Source of the DNA: Desulfobacterales bacterium
GTDB taxonomy: Bacteria; Desulfobacterota; Desulfobacteria; Desulfobacterales; JAHEIW01
Assembly (NCBI GenBank): GCA_030066985.1
Contig: JASJAN010000018.1
Coordinates: 1,742 to 65,741 of the forward strand
Length of the DNA stretch: 64,000 nucleotides
Reading direction: 5' to 3'
A program made the translations under genes and the position numbers. This document shows, one piece after another, positions 44,227-54,910 of this stretch (its first letter is position 1; each line of letters starts with the position of its first letter). The notes below the pieces were generated by a model, which did not search any database, was not told the DNA's origin, and was given only the letters and a program-made list of their open reading frames with translations.

Positions 44227-45780
44227 ATGGGCTACTGGATGAACTTAGGTCAAATCCAAAAAGTGAATGCCAAGAAATTCCCACAAACAGTCGCCTTAAA
44301 AGACGAAAACCGCGCATTTACTTACCCACAAATGAACAGCCGCATTAACAAACTGGCCAACAGTCTCAGCTCCCTTGGGTTGCAGAAAGGCGATAAAGTT
44401 GCCGTTCTGCTTGAAAATTGCATTGAAATCTGTGAGCTATTCCTGGCAACCGCCAAAGCCGGTATCATTATCGTGCCCATCAATTTTCGTCTGGTGTCTG
44501 GTGAAGTGGAATACATTGTTAATAATTCAGACGCCAAGGCTATGGTCGTTCATGACCAATTTGCCGGTGTTGTCGAGCCCATCCGTTCCAAGCTAAACAA
44601 TATTAACGCTGAAAACTATGTTATCGTCGGCCGTCCACAGGACGGATATCAGCCTTATGAGGAATTTATCGCAGCATCCTCCGACACCGAGCCGAAAACT
44701 GAAGTTGCCCCCCGCGACACCTGGATTTTGATTTATACCTCCGGCACTACCGGAAGACCAAAAGGCGTCATCCGTTCCCACGAATCCCATATCGCTTATT
44801 ATCTGCACAATGCCGTTGACTTTGATTTTAATGAACACGATGTATGCTTAAATGTCATGCCTCTGTGTCATATCAACTCCATCTTTTTTACGTTCACCTT
44901 TTTGTATATCGGGGGATCGGCCTATATTCACCCGGCCTTAAACTTTAAACCCGATGAAATTCTCAAAATTATCGAAAACGAGAAAATCACCTTTATCTCG
45001 CTGATTCCAACCCATTACAATTTAATCCTGAATGCCCCCGAGGATGCCAAAAAGCGCGATGTCAAATCAATTCGCAAGTTGCTGTGTTCGTCTGCACCCG
45101 GTCGCAAAAGTATGAAGCAGGCGGTAATGGAATTTTTCCCGGGCGTTAAACTCTACGAAGCTTACGGTTCGACCGAAGCCGGCATGGTCACCATCCTCAA
45201 ACCTGAATTCCAGATGAGCAAGCTTGGATCCATCGGTTTTGAATGTATTGGTACTGATTTTCTGAAGATTCTCGACATTGACGGCAATGAAGTGCCGAGT
45301 GGTGAAATCGGTGAGTTATACTCACGGGGTCCGATGCTGTTTGATGAATACTACAAGCTGCCCGAGGTGACCGCGGAATCATTTGAAGGCGGTTTTTTTT
45401 CAGCTGGCGATATGGCGCGACAGGATGAAGATGGCTTTTATTACCTGGTGGATCGCAAAAAAAATATGATCATCACCGGAGGAGAAAATGTCTATCCCAG
45501 TGAAGTAGAAGAAGTTGTCGGCAACATTGAAGGCGTCTTTGAATGCGCGGTAATCGGACTGCCTGACGAAAAATGGGGCGAAAAGGTCAGCGCGGTCATC
45601 ATCCGCAAGCCGGGTTTTGATGACAGCAACTTGGGCGAGCAACATGTCATTCAGGCCTGCAAAGGCAAGATGGCAGGCTACAAGTGCCCCAAACAGGTGA
45701 TCTTTATCGGTGAAAATGATATGCCCCGTACCGGCACCGGGAAAATTCTGCATCGCATCCTAAGAGAACAGTTCGGATAG
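44227..45780 (+). CDS. AMP-dependent acyl-CoA synthetase/ligase
   Basis: YTSGTTGRPKGV, YGSTE, AGDMARQDEDGFYYLVDRKKNMIITGGENVYP and PRTGTGKI. The start is set at ATG 44227 (SD GGAGGT); the ORF opens at 44203. Confidence 0.9.
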   Translation: MGYWMNLGQIQKVNAKKFPQTVALKDENRAFTYPQMNSRINKLANSLSSLGLQKGDKVAVLLENCIEICELFLATAKAGIIIVPINFRLVSGEVEYIVNNSDAKAMVVHDQFAGVVEPIRSKLNNINAENYVIVGRPQDGYQPYEEFIAASSDTEPKTEVAPRDTWILIYTSGTTGRPKGVIRSHESHIAYYLHNAVDFDFNEHDVCLNVMPLCHINSIFFTFTFLYIGGSAYIHPALNFKPDEILKIIENEKITFISLIPTHYNLILNAPEDAKKRDVKSIRKLLCSSAPGRKSMKQAVMEFFPGVKLYEAYGSTEAGMVTILKPEFQMSKLGSIGFECIGTDFLKILDIDGNEVPSGEIGELYSRGPMLFDEYYKLPEVTAESFEGGFFSAGDMARQDEDGFYYLVDRKKNMIITGGENVYPSEVEEVVGNIEGVFECAVIGLPDEKWGEKVSAVIIRKPGFDDSNLGEQHVIQACKGKMAGYKCPKQVIFIGENDMPRTGTGKILHRILREQFG

Positions 45781-45871
45781 ATCCTGGCCTCGGCATCTTC
45801 GCGACGTGAGACTGCAGGTAATTCCAAAAGCTTATAATTTTATCGTATCTATGAAATAATGGTCTAGCCAT

Positions 45872-46642
45872 ATGAGAGTGACTAGTATCCAACTGGCAAT
45901 GGTGGATCAGCCCAAAGAAAAAAATGTAGCTCACGCACTCGATCTGATCGATCAGGCCCCACCCAGTGATCTGATCCTGTTACCGGAAATTTGGCCCTGC
46001 GGCTTTTTCTCCTTTGACCGCTATCAAGATGACAGCGAAACTGTCGATGGCCCCACCGTTAATACCTTAAAGGCAGCGGCTCGCAAACGAAACTGTCATA
46101 TCTTTATGGGCAGCATGGTCGAAAAAGACGGTAGTCATCTATACAACACCAGTATACTATTAAATCCCGCCGGCGAGATCGCAGCCCGCTACCGTAAAAT
46201 CCACCTGTTCGGATACCAATCCGAGGAAACCAACCTTCTGGAACCGGGACAAGATGTTATTGTCGTTGATGCTCCCTGGGGCAAATGCGGTCTTTCCACC
46301 TGTTATGACCTGCGCTTTCCCGAGCTCTATCGTCGCATGGTCGATGCGGGCGCAACATTTTTTTTAGTTGCTTCGGCCTGGCCACTGGTTCGCTTGGAGG
46401 CCTGGCGATTGTTCAACCGCTGCCGGGCACATGAAAATCTAGCCTTTTTGATTTCCTGCAATTGTACCGGTGCCAACCAGGGCAAAACGTACGCCGGCCA
46501 CAGCATGATCGTAGATCCTTTAGGTCAGGTGCTGGTTGAAGGCACTCAAGAAGAAGATATGGTTCATGCCGAGATCGATCCTAGCCAGGTCGATGCGGCC
46601 CGCCAGGAATTTCCAGCTCTCGAGGACCGTACGCTAAGCTAA
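45872..46642 (+). CDS. Carbon-nitrogen hydrolase (nitrilase superfamily, omega-amidase-like)
   Basis: 256 aa. LPE (catalytic Glu), YRKIHLF (Lys) and GLSTCYDLRFPE (Cys). Confidence 0.85.
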   Translation: MRVTSIQLAMVDQPKEKNVAHALDLIDQAPPSDLILLPEIWPCGFFSFDRYQDDSETVDGPTVNTLKAAARKRNCHIFMGSMVEKDGSHLYNTSILLNPAGEIAARYRKIHLFGYQSEETNLLEPGQDVIVVDAPWGKCGLSTCYDLRFPELYRRMVDAGATFFLVASAWPLVRLEAWRLFNRCRAHENLAFLISCNCTGANQGKTYAGHSMIVDPLGQVLVEGTQEEDMVHAEIDPSQVDAARQEFPALEDRTLS

Positions 46643-46758
46643 TATTTGCGAAAAAAGTTTCAGAAGCTCCAAATTATCACCTCTCTATTCAACCGCGGAT
46701 TTCCTCTGCTGTCACGATTTCAAAGTTTATAAAGGAATGTATTAAGAAGCGCCTATAT

Positions 46759-46776
46759 TGATCGAGCGCTCGGTCA
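46759..46776. promoter_or_regulatory. 18-bp palindrome TGATCGAGCGCTCGGTCA (candidate TetR operator, distal)
   Basis: 17 of 18 positions are self-complementary. It is related to the second copy at 46941. Confidence 0.4.
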
Positions 46777-46940
46777 TTTTTCGTATTTAATAGCGCGCTT
46801 AGATAAAATAAAGATTGTCTTCAAGCTGAATAGGCCAATTTCCTAAAATATGAAAAACCACAATATAACAATAGTTTAAATTGTAATTGGCGTCTAAGTT
46901 TCGAAAACCTTGACAATAAAAAATGAGACGTGTTAGTTTA

Positions 46941-46958
46941 TTGATTGAGCGCTCGTTC
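46941..46958. promoter_or_regulatory. 18-bp palindrome TGATTGAGCGCTCGTTCA (candidate TetR operator, proximal)
   Basis: It lies 25 nt downstream of a TTGACA at 46910-46915 and 58 nt upstream of the TetR ATG. Confidence 0.45.
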
Positions 46959-47016
46959 AGCGGGCCATGCCATAATCTCAATAAAACATAATATCAAATA
47001 AATACAAAAGGTTAAA

Positions 47017-47661
47017 ATGCAAGATCTGCCCAGAACAAAAGACATACCCACCCAGGTCAAAGACCCCGATCTGGTTAAGCGCCGGCGGCGTCAAATCGCG
47101 GATGCAGCCGTGCAGCTATTTATTGACAAGGGTTTTCACAAAACCACCACGCGCCAGATTGCCGGGGCGGCCGGATTTTCGATTGGATCGTTGTACGAGT
47201 ATTTCGCCTCCAAGGAAGATATTCTGTACATGGTATGCGAAGCCATTCATGCTGAGGTTGAACGGGGAGTTACGGCGGCGATGTCACAGGCCAAAGGTGG
47301 TCGCGATGCCCTGGTAAAAATCATTCATGAATATTTCATGGTTTGTCACCAGATGAGTGATTTCATTCTCTTGATTTACCAGGAGACCCAATCGCTACCC
47401 TCTCAATGGCAAAAACGCGTTCTGGAAAACGAACTGCGCATTACAGGCCTGTTTGTCAAAGCGCTTGCTCGCATCGCCAAATCCGGCGATCTGATCAATC
47501 TTAAAGAAAACAATCTGGAGCTGGCAGCGCATAATATAGTCGTTTTAGGGCATATGTGGACATTTCGGCGCTGGTATCTGGCCCACCATTACAGCATTGA
47601 AGACTATACGAAACTGCAGACCGGCATTATTTTAGGCATGTATGCCGGCGGTAAAAAATAA
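47017..47661 (+). CDS. TetR/AcrR family transcriptional regulator
   Basis: N-terminal HTH: RRRQIADAAVQLFIDKGFHKTTTRQIAGAAGFSIGSLYEYFASKEDIL. Confidence 0.9.
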   Translation: MQDLPRTKDIPTQVKDPDLVKRRRRQIADAAVQLFIDKGFHKTTTRQIAGAAGFSIGSLYEYFASKEDILYMVCEAIHAEVERGVTAAMSQAKGGRDALVKIIHEYFMVCHQMSDFILLIYQETQSLPSQWQKRVLENELRITGLFVKALARIAKSGDLINLKENNLELAAHNIVVLGHMWTFRRWYLAHHYSIEDYTKLQTGIILGMYAGGKK

Positions 47662-47735
47662 GTCCCCTTCTGTTTTCGACTCTGGTTTGTTCGTAGATGG
47701 CAATGTAAATGTTTAATCGGCTTTAAGGAGGCAAA

Positions 47736-50700
47736 ATGACAGCTGAGGTCGAGGTCTACAAACCTGAAAATTATATCCGGGTCGTCACTGCAACCTCTCT
47801 TTTCGATGGCCATGATGCTGCCATCAATATCATGCGCCGAATCCTGCAGGATACCGGTGTGGAAGTCATCCATTTGGGGCATAATCGATCGGTTCAAGAA
47901 ATCGTGGATGCCGCCATAGAAGAAGATGCCCAAGGAATTGCCGTATCCAGTTATCAGGGCGGCCATATCGAGTTTTTCAAGTATATGGTCGATCTTTTAA
48001 AAGAAAAAGGGGCACCGCATATCAAGGTCTTCGGCGGTGGTGGCGGCGTAATTGTGCCGGATGAAATTGAAGAGCTCGAAGCTTACGGTGTTACCAAAAT
48101 TTACTCCCCGGAAGATGGCGCCCAGTTAGGGCTACAGGGCATGATCAACCATATGGTCGCCGCCATAGATTTTTCCACGGTCAAAAAAGGCCGCTTTGCT
48201 TTTGATGAGCTGTCACCGAATAATAAATTGCTGGTGGCCAATCTGATATCCGCGGCCGAATACGCCAAAGCCCAGGAGAACGGCGACTTGGCAGCCCTAA
48301 GAGCTGAGTTGTCCAAGAAAATCGGCAAGCAAAAACCGCCCGTCATCGGCATTACCGGGACCGGCGGTGCCGGTAAATCGTCATTGACCGATGAGCTGAT
48401 TTTGCGAATGCTGCATGATATCAAAGATATTCATATTGCCATCATCAGCTGCGATCCTTCGCGACGCAAAACCGGCGGTGCGCTGTTGGGGGATCGAATT
48501 CGTATGAATGCCATCGGCAGCCCGCGTGTGTATTTGCGTTCTTTAGCTACCCGCGAATCCCAGACAGAGATTCCCGCCATTTTGGGTGAAGCCATTGAGG
48601 CTGTACAGGCTGCCGGCTATGATTTAATTATCGCTGAAACCGCCGGAATCGGACAGGGCGATTCTAGAATTATCGACATGGTGGATCTGTCCATCTATGT
48701 GATGACCAGTGAATTTGGCGCTGCCTCCCAGCTTGAAAAAATCGATATGCTCGATTTCGCCGATCTGGTGGTCGTCAACAAATTTGAAAAACGGGGCGGC
48801 GAGGACGCTGTACGAGATGTACGCAAACAGGTCCAGCGCAATCGCAAAGCCTTTGAACAATCACCTGAGGACATGCCGGTTTTTGGCACCATCGCATCCA
48901 AATTCAATGATGATGGTGTCACCGCGCTTTACCATGCCATCATGGATGCAGTAGCTGCAAAAACCGGTGTTGCTTTTAAATCCAGTCTACCCCGACCCCA
49001 AACCCAAACGTCAACGTCTAAAACCATTATCATTCCACCCGAGCGTACTCGCTACTTAAGCGAAGTTGCAGATCATTTGAGAACATACCACCGCGACACC
49101 GATCAACAGGCAAAAGCAGTCCGGAAAGTCTGGCACCTTAAGGAAGCCGCCGAAGCGCTGGAAGACGACGATCTAAAAGGCGATACCAGCCAACTCATCG
49201 AGGCCTTTAAAGCCCAGATTAAAGCAGCCGAAGCAGCCCTCAAGCCGGAAACCGTTCAAACGATGGCGGAATGGGAAAACATCCAACAAACCTACGGTCA
49301 AGATGAACTGGTTTATCAGGTCCGCGATCGCGAAATCAGGGTTCCTCTTTTTTCCGAATCCTTATCGCATACCCGTATACCCAAAATTCAACTTCCAAAG
49401 TTCAAAGACCCAGGCGAAATTTTTCGCTGGCTGCGCGAAGAAAATGTCTCCGGAAAATTTCCCTATACTGCTGGTGTGTTTCCGTTAAAGCGTGTGGATG
49501 AAGACCCCACCCGAATGTTTGCCGGCGAAGGCAATCCAGCCCGCACCAATCAGCGCTTTAAGATGCTTTCCGCCAATTATGAAGCCAAGCGTCTGTCAAC
49601 GGCTTTTGATTCGGTCACCCTTTATGGTTGCGACCCGGATATTCGCCCGGACATATACGGCAAGGTCGGCACCTCGGGCGTCAGCATCTGCACCTTAGAT
49701 GATGTTAAAATGCTCTATGACGGCTTTGATTTGTGCGCACCCAGTACATCGGTTTCGATGACCATCAATGGCCCGGCGCCCATTATCCTGGCCATGTTTT
49801 TAAACACAGCCGTTGATCAACAGCTGGATAAATTTACGGCTGAAAACAGCAAGCCACCTTCCGATGAACAATATCAGCAAATACGTGCCAGCGTGTTGTC
49901 CAATGTGCGCGGTACGGTTCAAGCCGACATTCTTAAAGAAGACCAGGGACAAAACACCTGCATCTTTTCAATTGATTTTGCCTTGAAAATGATGGGCGAT
50001 ATTCAGCAATATTTTATCGAAAATCATATTCGCAACTTCTATTCGGTGTCGATTTCCGGCTATCATATTGCCGAAGCCGGCGCCAATCCCATTACACAGC
50101 TGGCCTTGACCCTGGCCAACGGATTCACTTACGTGGAGTACTACCTTTCCAGAGGGATGCCGATTGACAGTTTTGCACCCAATCTTTCCTTTTTCTTCTC
50201 CAATGGACTGGATCCCGAATACAATGTTATCGGACGCGTGGCGCGACGGATCTGGGCGGTGGCCATGCGGGATAAATATGCTGCATCAGAGCGATCGCAG
50301 ATGCTTAAGTATCACATTCAAACCTCCGGGCGTTCTTTACACAGCCAGGATATTCAGTTCAATGATATCCGCACCACTTTGCAGGCGTTGTGTGCCATTT
50401 ACGATAACTGCAACAGCCTGCATACCAATGCGTTTGATGAGGCCATCACTACCCCGAGCGCGGAGTCGGTCAGACGTGCGCTTGCCATTCAATTGATTAT
50501 CAATCGCGAATGGGGTCTGACAAAAAATGAAAACATGAACCAGGGCAGTTTTATTTTCGAAGAGCTGACCCGCCTGGTGGAAGAGGCGGTGCTGATGGAA
50601 TTTGACCGCATTACGGAACGCGGCGGGGTCTTGGGGGCTATGGAAACTGGTTATCAGCGCAGCAAAATCCAGGAAGAATCCATATACTACGAGACCCTAA

Positions 50701-51014
50701 AGCACACCGGTGATCTGCCTATCATCGGGGTCAACACCTTTCGCGATCCGCATGCCGATGGAGAGCAGCTGAGCGAAGCAGTCGAACTGGCCCGGGCCAC
50801 CGAAGCCGAAAAACAATCGCAGCTCAAACGGTTGGCAGAATTTAAAAACCGCAACGCAAAAGAGGCCCCGGAAGCTTTGGAGCGCTTGCAAAAAGTCGTA
50901 TTGTCCGGCGACAACATTTTCGCCGAGCTAATGGAAGCAGTGCGGACGTGCAGTCTAGGCCAGATCACCCAGGCGCTTTATGAAGTCGGCGGCCAATACA
51001 GACGTAACATGTGA
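47736..51014 (+). CDS. icmF: Fused isobutyryl-CoA mutase (B12 domain + MeaB-like GTPase + mutase domain)
   Basis: 1092 aa. N-terminal B12-binding [15 protein letters not shown]. Central P-loop [13 protein letters not shown] and VVNKFE. C-terminal mutase barrel with TAGVFPLKR...[25 protein letters not shown] upstream. Confidence 0.9.
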   Translation: MTAEVEVYKPENYIRVVTATSLFDGHDAAINIMRRILQDTGVEVIHLGHNRSVQEIVDAAIEEDAQGIAVSSYQGGHIEFFKYMVDLLKEKGAPHIKVFGGGGGVIVPDEIEELEAYGVTKIYSPEDGAQLGLQGMINHMVAAIDFSTVKKGRFAFDELSPNNKLLVANLISAAEYAKAQENGDLAALRAELSKKIGKQKPPVIGITGTGGAGKSSLTDELILRMLHDIKDIHIAIISCDPSRRKTGGALLGDRIRMNAIGSPRVYLRSLATRESQTEIPAILGEAIEAVQAAGYDLIIAETAGIGQGDSRIIDMVDLSIYVMTSEFGAASQLEKIDMLDFADLVVVNKFEKRGGEDAVRDVRKQVQRNRKAFEQSPEDMPVFGTIASKFNDDGVTALYHAIMDAVAAKTGVAFKSSLPRPQTQTSTSKTIIIPPERTRYLSEVADHLRTYHRDTDQQAKAVRKVWHLKEAAEALEDDDLKGDTSQLIEAFKAQIKAAEAALKPETVQTMAEWENIQQTYGQDELVYQVRDREIRVPLFSESLSHTRIPKIQLPKFKDPGEIFRWLREENVSGKFPYTAGVFPLKRVDEDPTRMFAGEGNPARTNQRFKMLSANYEAKRLSTAFDSVTLYGCDPDIRPDIYGKVGTSGVSICTLDDVKMLYDGFDLCAPSTSVSMTINGPAPIILAMFLNTAVDQQLDKFTAENSKPPSDEQYQQIRASVLSNVRGTVQADILKEDQGQNTCIFSIDFALKMMGDIQQYFIENHIRNFYSVSISGYHIAEAGANPITQLALTLANGFTYVEYYLSRGMPIDSFAPNLSFFFSNGLDPEYNVIGRVARRIWAVAMRDKYAASERSQMLKYHIQTSGRSLHSQDIQFNDIRTTLQALCAIYDNCNSLHTNAFDEAITTPSAESVRRALAIQLIINREWGLTKNENMNQGSFIFEELTRLVEEAVLMEFDRITERGGVLGAMETGYQRSKIQEESIYYETLKHTGDLPIIGVNTFRDPHADGEQLSEAVELARATEAEKQSQLKRLAEFKNRNAKEAPEALERLQKVVLSGDNIFAELMEAVRTCSLGQITQALYEVGGQYRRNM

Positions 51015-51090
51015 GCTCACTTGTATTTCCTGCTTTTACCCAATAGTTCCAGTGGATCAGATTTCAGATTCCTCCGTTCATGCCAAACTG

Positions 51091-51150
51091 GGTTTCAGGT
51101 GTCAGGTGTCAGCGCCTCTCTTCGTCCCTGAAACCTGACACCTGACACCT
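51091..51150. repeat. Hairpin built from tandem CAGGTGT heptamers (REP-like) after icmF
   Basis: GGTGTCAGGTGTCAG (51098-51112) pairs perfectly with CTGACACCTGACACC (51135-51149). A partial third copy, cctgtcacctgaaacc, sits at 51177-51192. Confidence 0.65.
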
Positions 51151-51223
51151 AAACCGCTATCGGCGGAACCTTAGAGCCTGTCACCTGAAACCTTTTAAGT
51201 ATCGTCACCAAAGGAAACCCGCT

Positions 51224-52828
51224 ATGGAGAACATAGAAAACTTAACGTTGGGCCAGGTACTACAGAAATCAGCGGCCGAATCACCGGATAAAGTGGCAAT
51301 CTTAGACGGCGACAGGCGCGCAACCTATGCGGAGCTCAATTCTGCCGCTGACGCATTGGCAGCCGGCTTGACGAAATTGGGTATTCAAAAAGGCGACCGG
51401 GTGGCCATATATATGAAGAACTCCCTGGAGCTTGTCAGCGCTTTTTACGCCCTGCAAAAAATCGGTGTAGTGGTGGTTTGGGTCAATGCGATTTATCGCA
51501 TACACGAGGCCGAATTTATCCTCAAAAATTCAGAAGCCAGAGGGTTATTTATTTTCGACCGGTGGGATGGCTACGATTATGTTAGCGGAATTTTAAAAAT
51601 TAAATCCAGCTTGCCCGATCTCGAACATATTATCGTCGCTGGCGGTGGGCCAGAGACTGAGGTAATTGATTATAATCGCCTAATTGACACCGGCAAGGGT
51701 AAGACTTTGCCGGCCGTTGCCATCGATCCGCAAAAAGATCTGTGCATGCTGCTGTATACCTCCGGCACCACCGGGCGCCCTAAAGGCGCTATGATCAGAC
51801 AATATGCTGCCGTGAGGGCTGGCCGCGAGTATGCATTGGGCACCGCTGCGACTGTCGATGATATTTTTATTGGCATTTTACCTATGAGCCATTCTTATGG
51901 CTGTGGTTCGGTTCTGGTTCAGCCCATTTTGCTGCAAGCCACCCTGGTTCTGATGGACAAATTTGAGGTGGAGCGCGCCTTTCAGATAATTGAGCACGAA
52001 AAAATAACATTGCAAATGGGGGCGCCGCCCCACTATATCCTGGAACTCAATCACAAAAGCAGGCCCAAATACGATCTGAGTTCGCTGCGCGCCGGGCTGA
52101 TCGCAGGAATGATCGCGCCGGAGGGCTTGATCACACGCGTGGAAAAAGAAATGGGCGTTTATCTGACCTCTTTTTGGGGGGCATCTGAGGTCGGTCCGGG
52201 GCTGGCAACCATGTGCCCCTACCCTTCCCCGCTGGACGTTCGTGAAAAATATGTCGGCATACCGGCCGAAGGCACTCAAATGCGGGTGGTGGAGCCCGTC
52301 ACCCAGAAACCGCTGCCAGACGGTGAAATCGGGGAACTAACCCTTAGCGGATGGCATGTCATGCAAGGCTACTGGAAAAATCCTGAAGAAACAGCCAAAC
52401 AAATAGTGAACGGATGGCTTTTCATGGGCGATCTGGCATCCAGGGATGAAAACGGCTATTTTAGAATTTACGGCCGCACCAAGGATCTGATCAATCGCGG
52501 CGGATACAAGATCTATCCCTATGAGCTGGAGTCGTTGATCATCGACCATCCCAAAGTCGAGCAGGTGTCTGTGGTGGCAACCCCCAATCCAGTGCTGGGC
52601 GAATCCATTTGCGCCTGTGTCGTTCCAATACCGGATCAAGCCCTGTCATTAGAGGAAATCCGGGAATTTGTGAAGGATAAGGTTGCGCCGCACAAACTGC
52701 CCGATGAGCTGTGCATCATGGATGACTTTCCTAAGCTTGCCGGTGGTGTCAAACTTAAAAAGTTCGGCCAAGGCGGACTGACGGAACTGGCATCTAAAGA
52801 CGATTCTCGTGAAAGGATTCGGAAATAA
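51224..52828 (+). CDS. AMP-dependent acyl-CoA synthetase/ligase
   Basis: YTSGTTGRPKGA, WGASE, MGDLASRDENGYFRIYGRTKDLINRGGYKIYP and a C-terminal GGVKLKK. Confidence 0.9.
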   Translation: MENIENLTLGQVLQKSAAESPDKVAILDGDRRATYAELNSAADALAAGLTKLGIQKGDRVAIYMKNSLELVSAFYALQKIGVVVVWVNAIYRIHEAEFILKNSEARGLFIFDRWDGYDYVSGILKIKSSLPDLEHIIVAGGGPETEVIDYNRLIDTGKGKTLPAVAIDPQKDLCMLLYTSGTTGRPKGAMIRQYAAVRAGREYALGTAATVDDIFIGILPMSHSYGCGSVLVQPILLQATLVLMDKFEVERAFQIIEHEKITLQMGAPPHYILELNHKSRPKYDLSSLRAGLIAGMIAPEGLITRVEKEMGVYLTSFWGASEVGPGLATMCPYPSPLDVREKYVGIPAEGTQMRVVEPVTQKPLPDGEIGELTLSGWHVMQGYWKNPEETAKQIVNGWLFMGDLASRDENGYFRIYGRTKDLINRGGYKIYPYELESLIIDHPKVEQVSVVATPNPVLGESICACVVPIPDQALSLEEIREFVKDKVAPHKLPDELCIMDDFPKLAGGVKLKKFGQGGLTELASKDDSRERIRK

Positions 52829-52830
52829 GT

Positions 52831-53445
52831 ATGGGCCCCATTGCCACCAAAGCGCTCAAACACTTGCGCGAGATCAAGTCCATAACGTTTGCCACCATAG
52901 ATAACGGTATACCGGCGGCGCGCATCATCGATGTTATGCTCGTCAAAGAAGATGGGCTCTATTTTCTCACTGCGAGGGGAAAGTCATTTTATCGTCAACT
53001 CAAAGCCGCTCCCAAAATCGCCATCTGCGGCATGGATCAGCATTATGTCACCACGCGGATTATCGGTGACATAAAATTTTGCGATAATAGAGACATCATC
53101 GATGAAATTTTTGAGCACAATCCCATGATGAACGATCTTTATCCCGGTGAAAAGCGCGACATTCTGGAGGGCTTTCACCTATACCGCGGCAAAGGCGAAA
53201 TCTTCGACCTTTCGGTGGAGCCCCCCGGCCGTGAACGCTTTGCTTTTGGCGGCGAGACGGTCAACCCACCGGGATATACGATTACAACTGATTGCACGGC
53301 TTGCGGTCTTTGTCTGGAAGCCTGTCCCGTAGAAGTGATTTCAGAAGGTAAGATATATGAAATCGACGGTTCCCATTGTCTGGAGTGCGGCCGCTGTGCG
53401 GAAATCTGTCCGGAAGATGCCATCGAAGCTGCTAAAGAAATTTAA
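52831..53445 (+). CDS. PNPOx-like FMN-binding split-barrel fused to 2x[4Fe-4S] ferredoxin domain
   Basis: The N-terminal 140 aa look like the pyridoxamine-5-phosphate-oxidase family. The C-terminus has CTACGLCLEACP and CLECGRCAEICP. The ATG is 2 nt after the ligase stop. Confidence 0.65.
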   Translation: MGPIATKALKHLREIKSITFATIDNGIPAARIIDVMLVKEDGLYFLTARGKSFYRQLKAAPKIAICGMDQHYVTTRIIGDIKFCDNRDIIDEIFEHNPMMNDLYPGEKRDILEGFHLYRGKGEIFDLSVEPPGRERFAFGGETVNPPGYTITTDCTACGLCLEACPVEVISEGKIYEIDGSHCLECGRCAEICPEDAIEAAKEI

Positions 53446-53605
53446 AGCGCACAGAACGATGAAAGTCAGAGTTTTCGTTGTTGTGAAATTAGGTAGAACG
53501 GCAACCGCGCCCATTTCTTCGAAGGCATTTATTCATTAAGGAAAAAATTTATGCGACCAAATTGATATACGACGGTTGGAAGGATATGGGTGTTTGGGGA
53601 AAAGT

Positions 53606-54910
53606 TTAATATGTGACAAGGTTAGGCAAAAAAACCGCAACGCCCGGAAAAGCCACCAACAGCGCGGTCATTAAAATCAGGGCGACCAGGAATGGGAATA
53701 TGCCCCTGAAAATGACATGCAGAGGAACATCCGGTGCAATGCCCTTGATGACAAAGACATTGACGCCCACCGGCGGCGTGATGACGCCCATCTCCGCTAC
53801 CAGCACGATAATGACGCCAAACCAGATGGGGTCATAACTCAGCTGCATTACCACCGGAAAGAAGATCGGGATGGTTACCACCACCAGGGCCATGGAATCC
53901 ATAAAAAAGCCGCCGATAAAATAGAGAAAAATAATAAGGCCCATCAATGCCACCGGCGGTATCGGCAGGTTTTTAATCCAATCCGCCAGGGCAAACGGAA
54001 TGGTGGAGATTGCCATAAAATGGCCAAAAATCGTTGCCCCGGTAATTATAATCAACACCATACAAGATGTTCGCAGGCCTTCTTTGCCGGCTTCAAAAAA
54101 GTTTTTCCAGGTCAGCTGCCGGCGCACCAAGCCAATCAACAGCGCACCGCCGGCCCCGATAGCACCCGCCTGAGTCGGACTGAACCAGCCCAGAAAAAGC
54201 CCCCCGATGGTCAGTAGAAATAAAATGATGGCTTCAATGATGCCGTTGACGGCTTTAACTTTTTCTCTGAAGCTTGTGGGAGTGCCGGCCGGCCCCAGTT
54301 GCGGGTTGCGCAGACAAAGAATCGCAACCACAGCCACAAAGGCCAAACTAAGCATTATCCCGGGTAAAACCCCGGCAATAAACAGCTTACCGATGGATTC
54401 CTCGGTTAAAATACCGTAAACAATTAAAATTGTGCTGGGCGGAATCAATATGCCCAGTGTTCCCGATGCGGCCACCGTGCCGGTTGCCAGGGTATTGTCG
54501 TATTTGTATTTTTTCATTTCCGGAAGGGCAATTTTGCCCATGGTTGCGGCTGTTGCGGCGGTTGACCCGCAAATGGCTGCAAATCCGGCACAGGCAAGTA
54601 CGGTGGCAATTGTCAGGCCGCCGCGTACACCGCCCACCCAGGTGTAAGCCGTCTCGTATAGTCTTTTGCTGATTCCGGAAGCAAAGGCAAAAGTACCCAT
54701 CAGGATGAACATGGGGATCACACTCAAAGGATAAGAGGAAAATTGCTCAAAGATATCTTGAGCCAGCAGACTGAGTGCGGGACCGGGGTCCGCCAGATAG
54801 GCGAAACCGGCCAAGCCGACAAATCCCATCGCAAATCCCACCGGCATCCTCAGCAGAAAGAGCAGCAGCAAAACACCAATGCCCACAATGCCTGTAATCA
54901 CGGGGCTCAT
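53606..54910 (-). CDS. dctM: TRAP transporter large permease
   Basis: The start is set at ATG 54910, which overlaps the dctQ stop (ATGA). About 434 aa and polytopic. The ORF-track N-terminal extension is rejected. Confidence 0.88.
   Translation of the reverse strand: MSPVITGIVGIGVLLLLFLLRMPVGFAMGFVGLAGFAYLADPGPALSLLAQDIFEQFSSYPLSVIPMFILMGTFAFASGISKRLYETAYTWVGGVRGGLTIATVLACAGFAAICGSTAATAATMGKIALPEMKKYKYDNTLATGTVAASGTLGILIPPSTILIVYGILTEESIGKLFIAGVLPGIMLSLAFVAVVAILCLRNPQLGPAGTPTSFREKVKAVNGIIEAIILFLLTIGGLFLGWFSPTQAGAIGAGGALLIGLVRRQLTWKNFFEAGKEGLRTSCMVLIIITGATIFGHFMAISTIPFALADWIKNLPIPPVALMGLIIFLYFIGGFFMDSMALVVVTIPIFFPVVMQLSYDPIWFGVIIVLVAEMGVITPPVGVNVFVIKGIAPDVPLHVIFRGIFPFLVALILMTALLVAFPGVAVFLPNLVTY

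Noticed and set aside
53717-54217. 166-aa plus-strand ORF rich in H/R/Q
   Set aside because: It is antisense to dctM and shows a compositional artefact.
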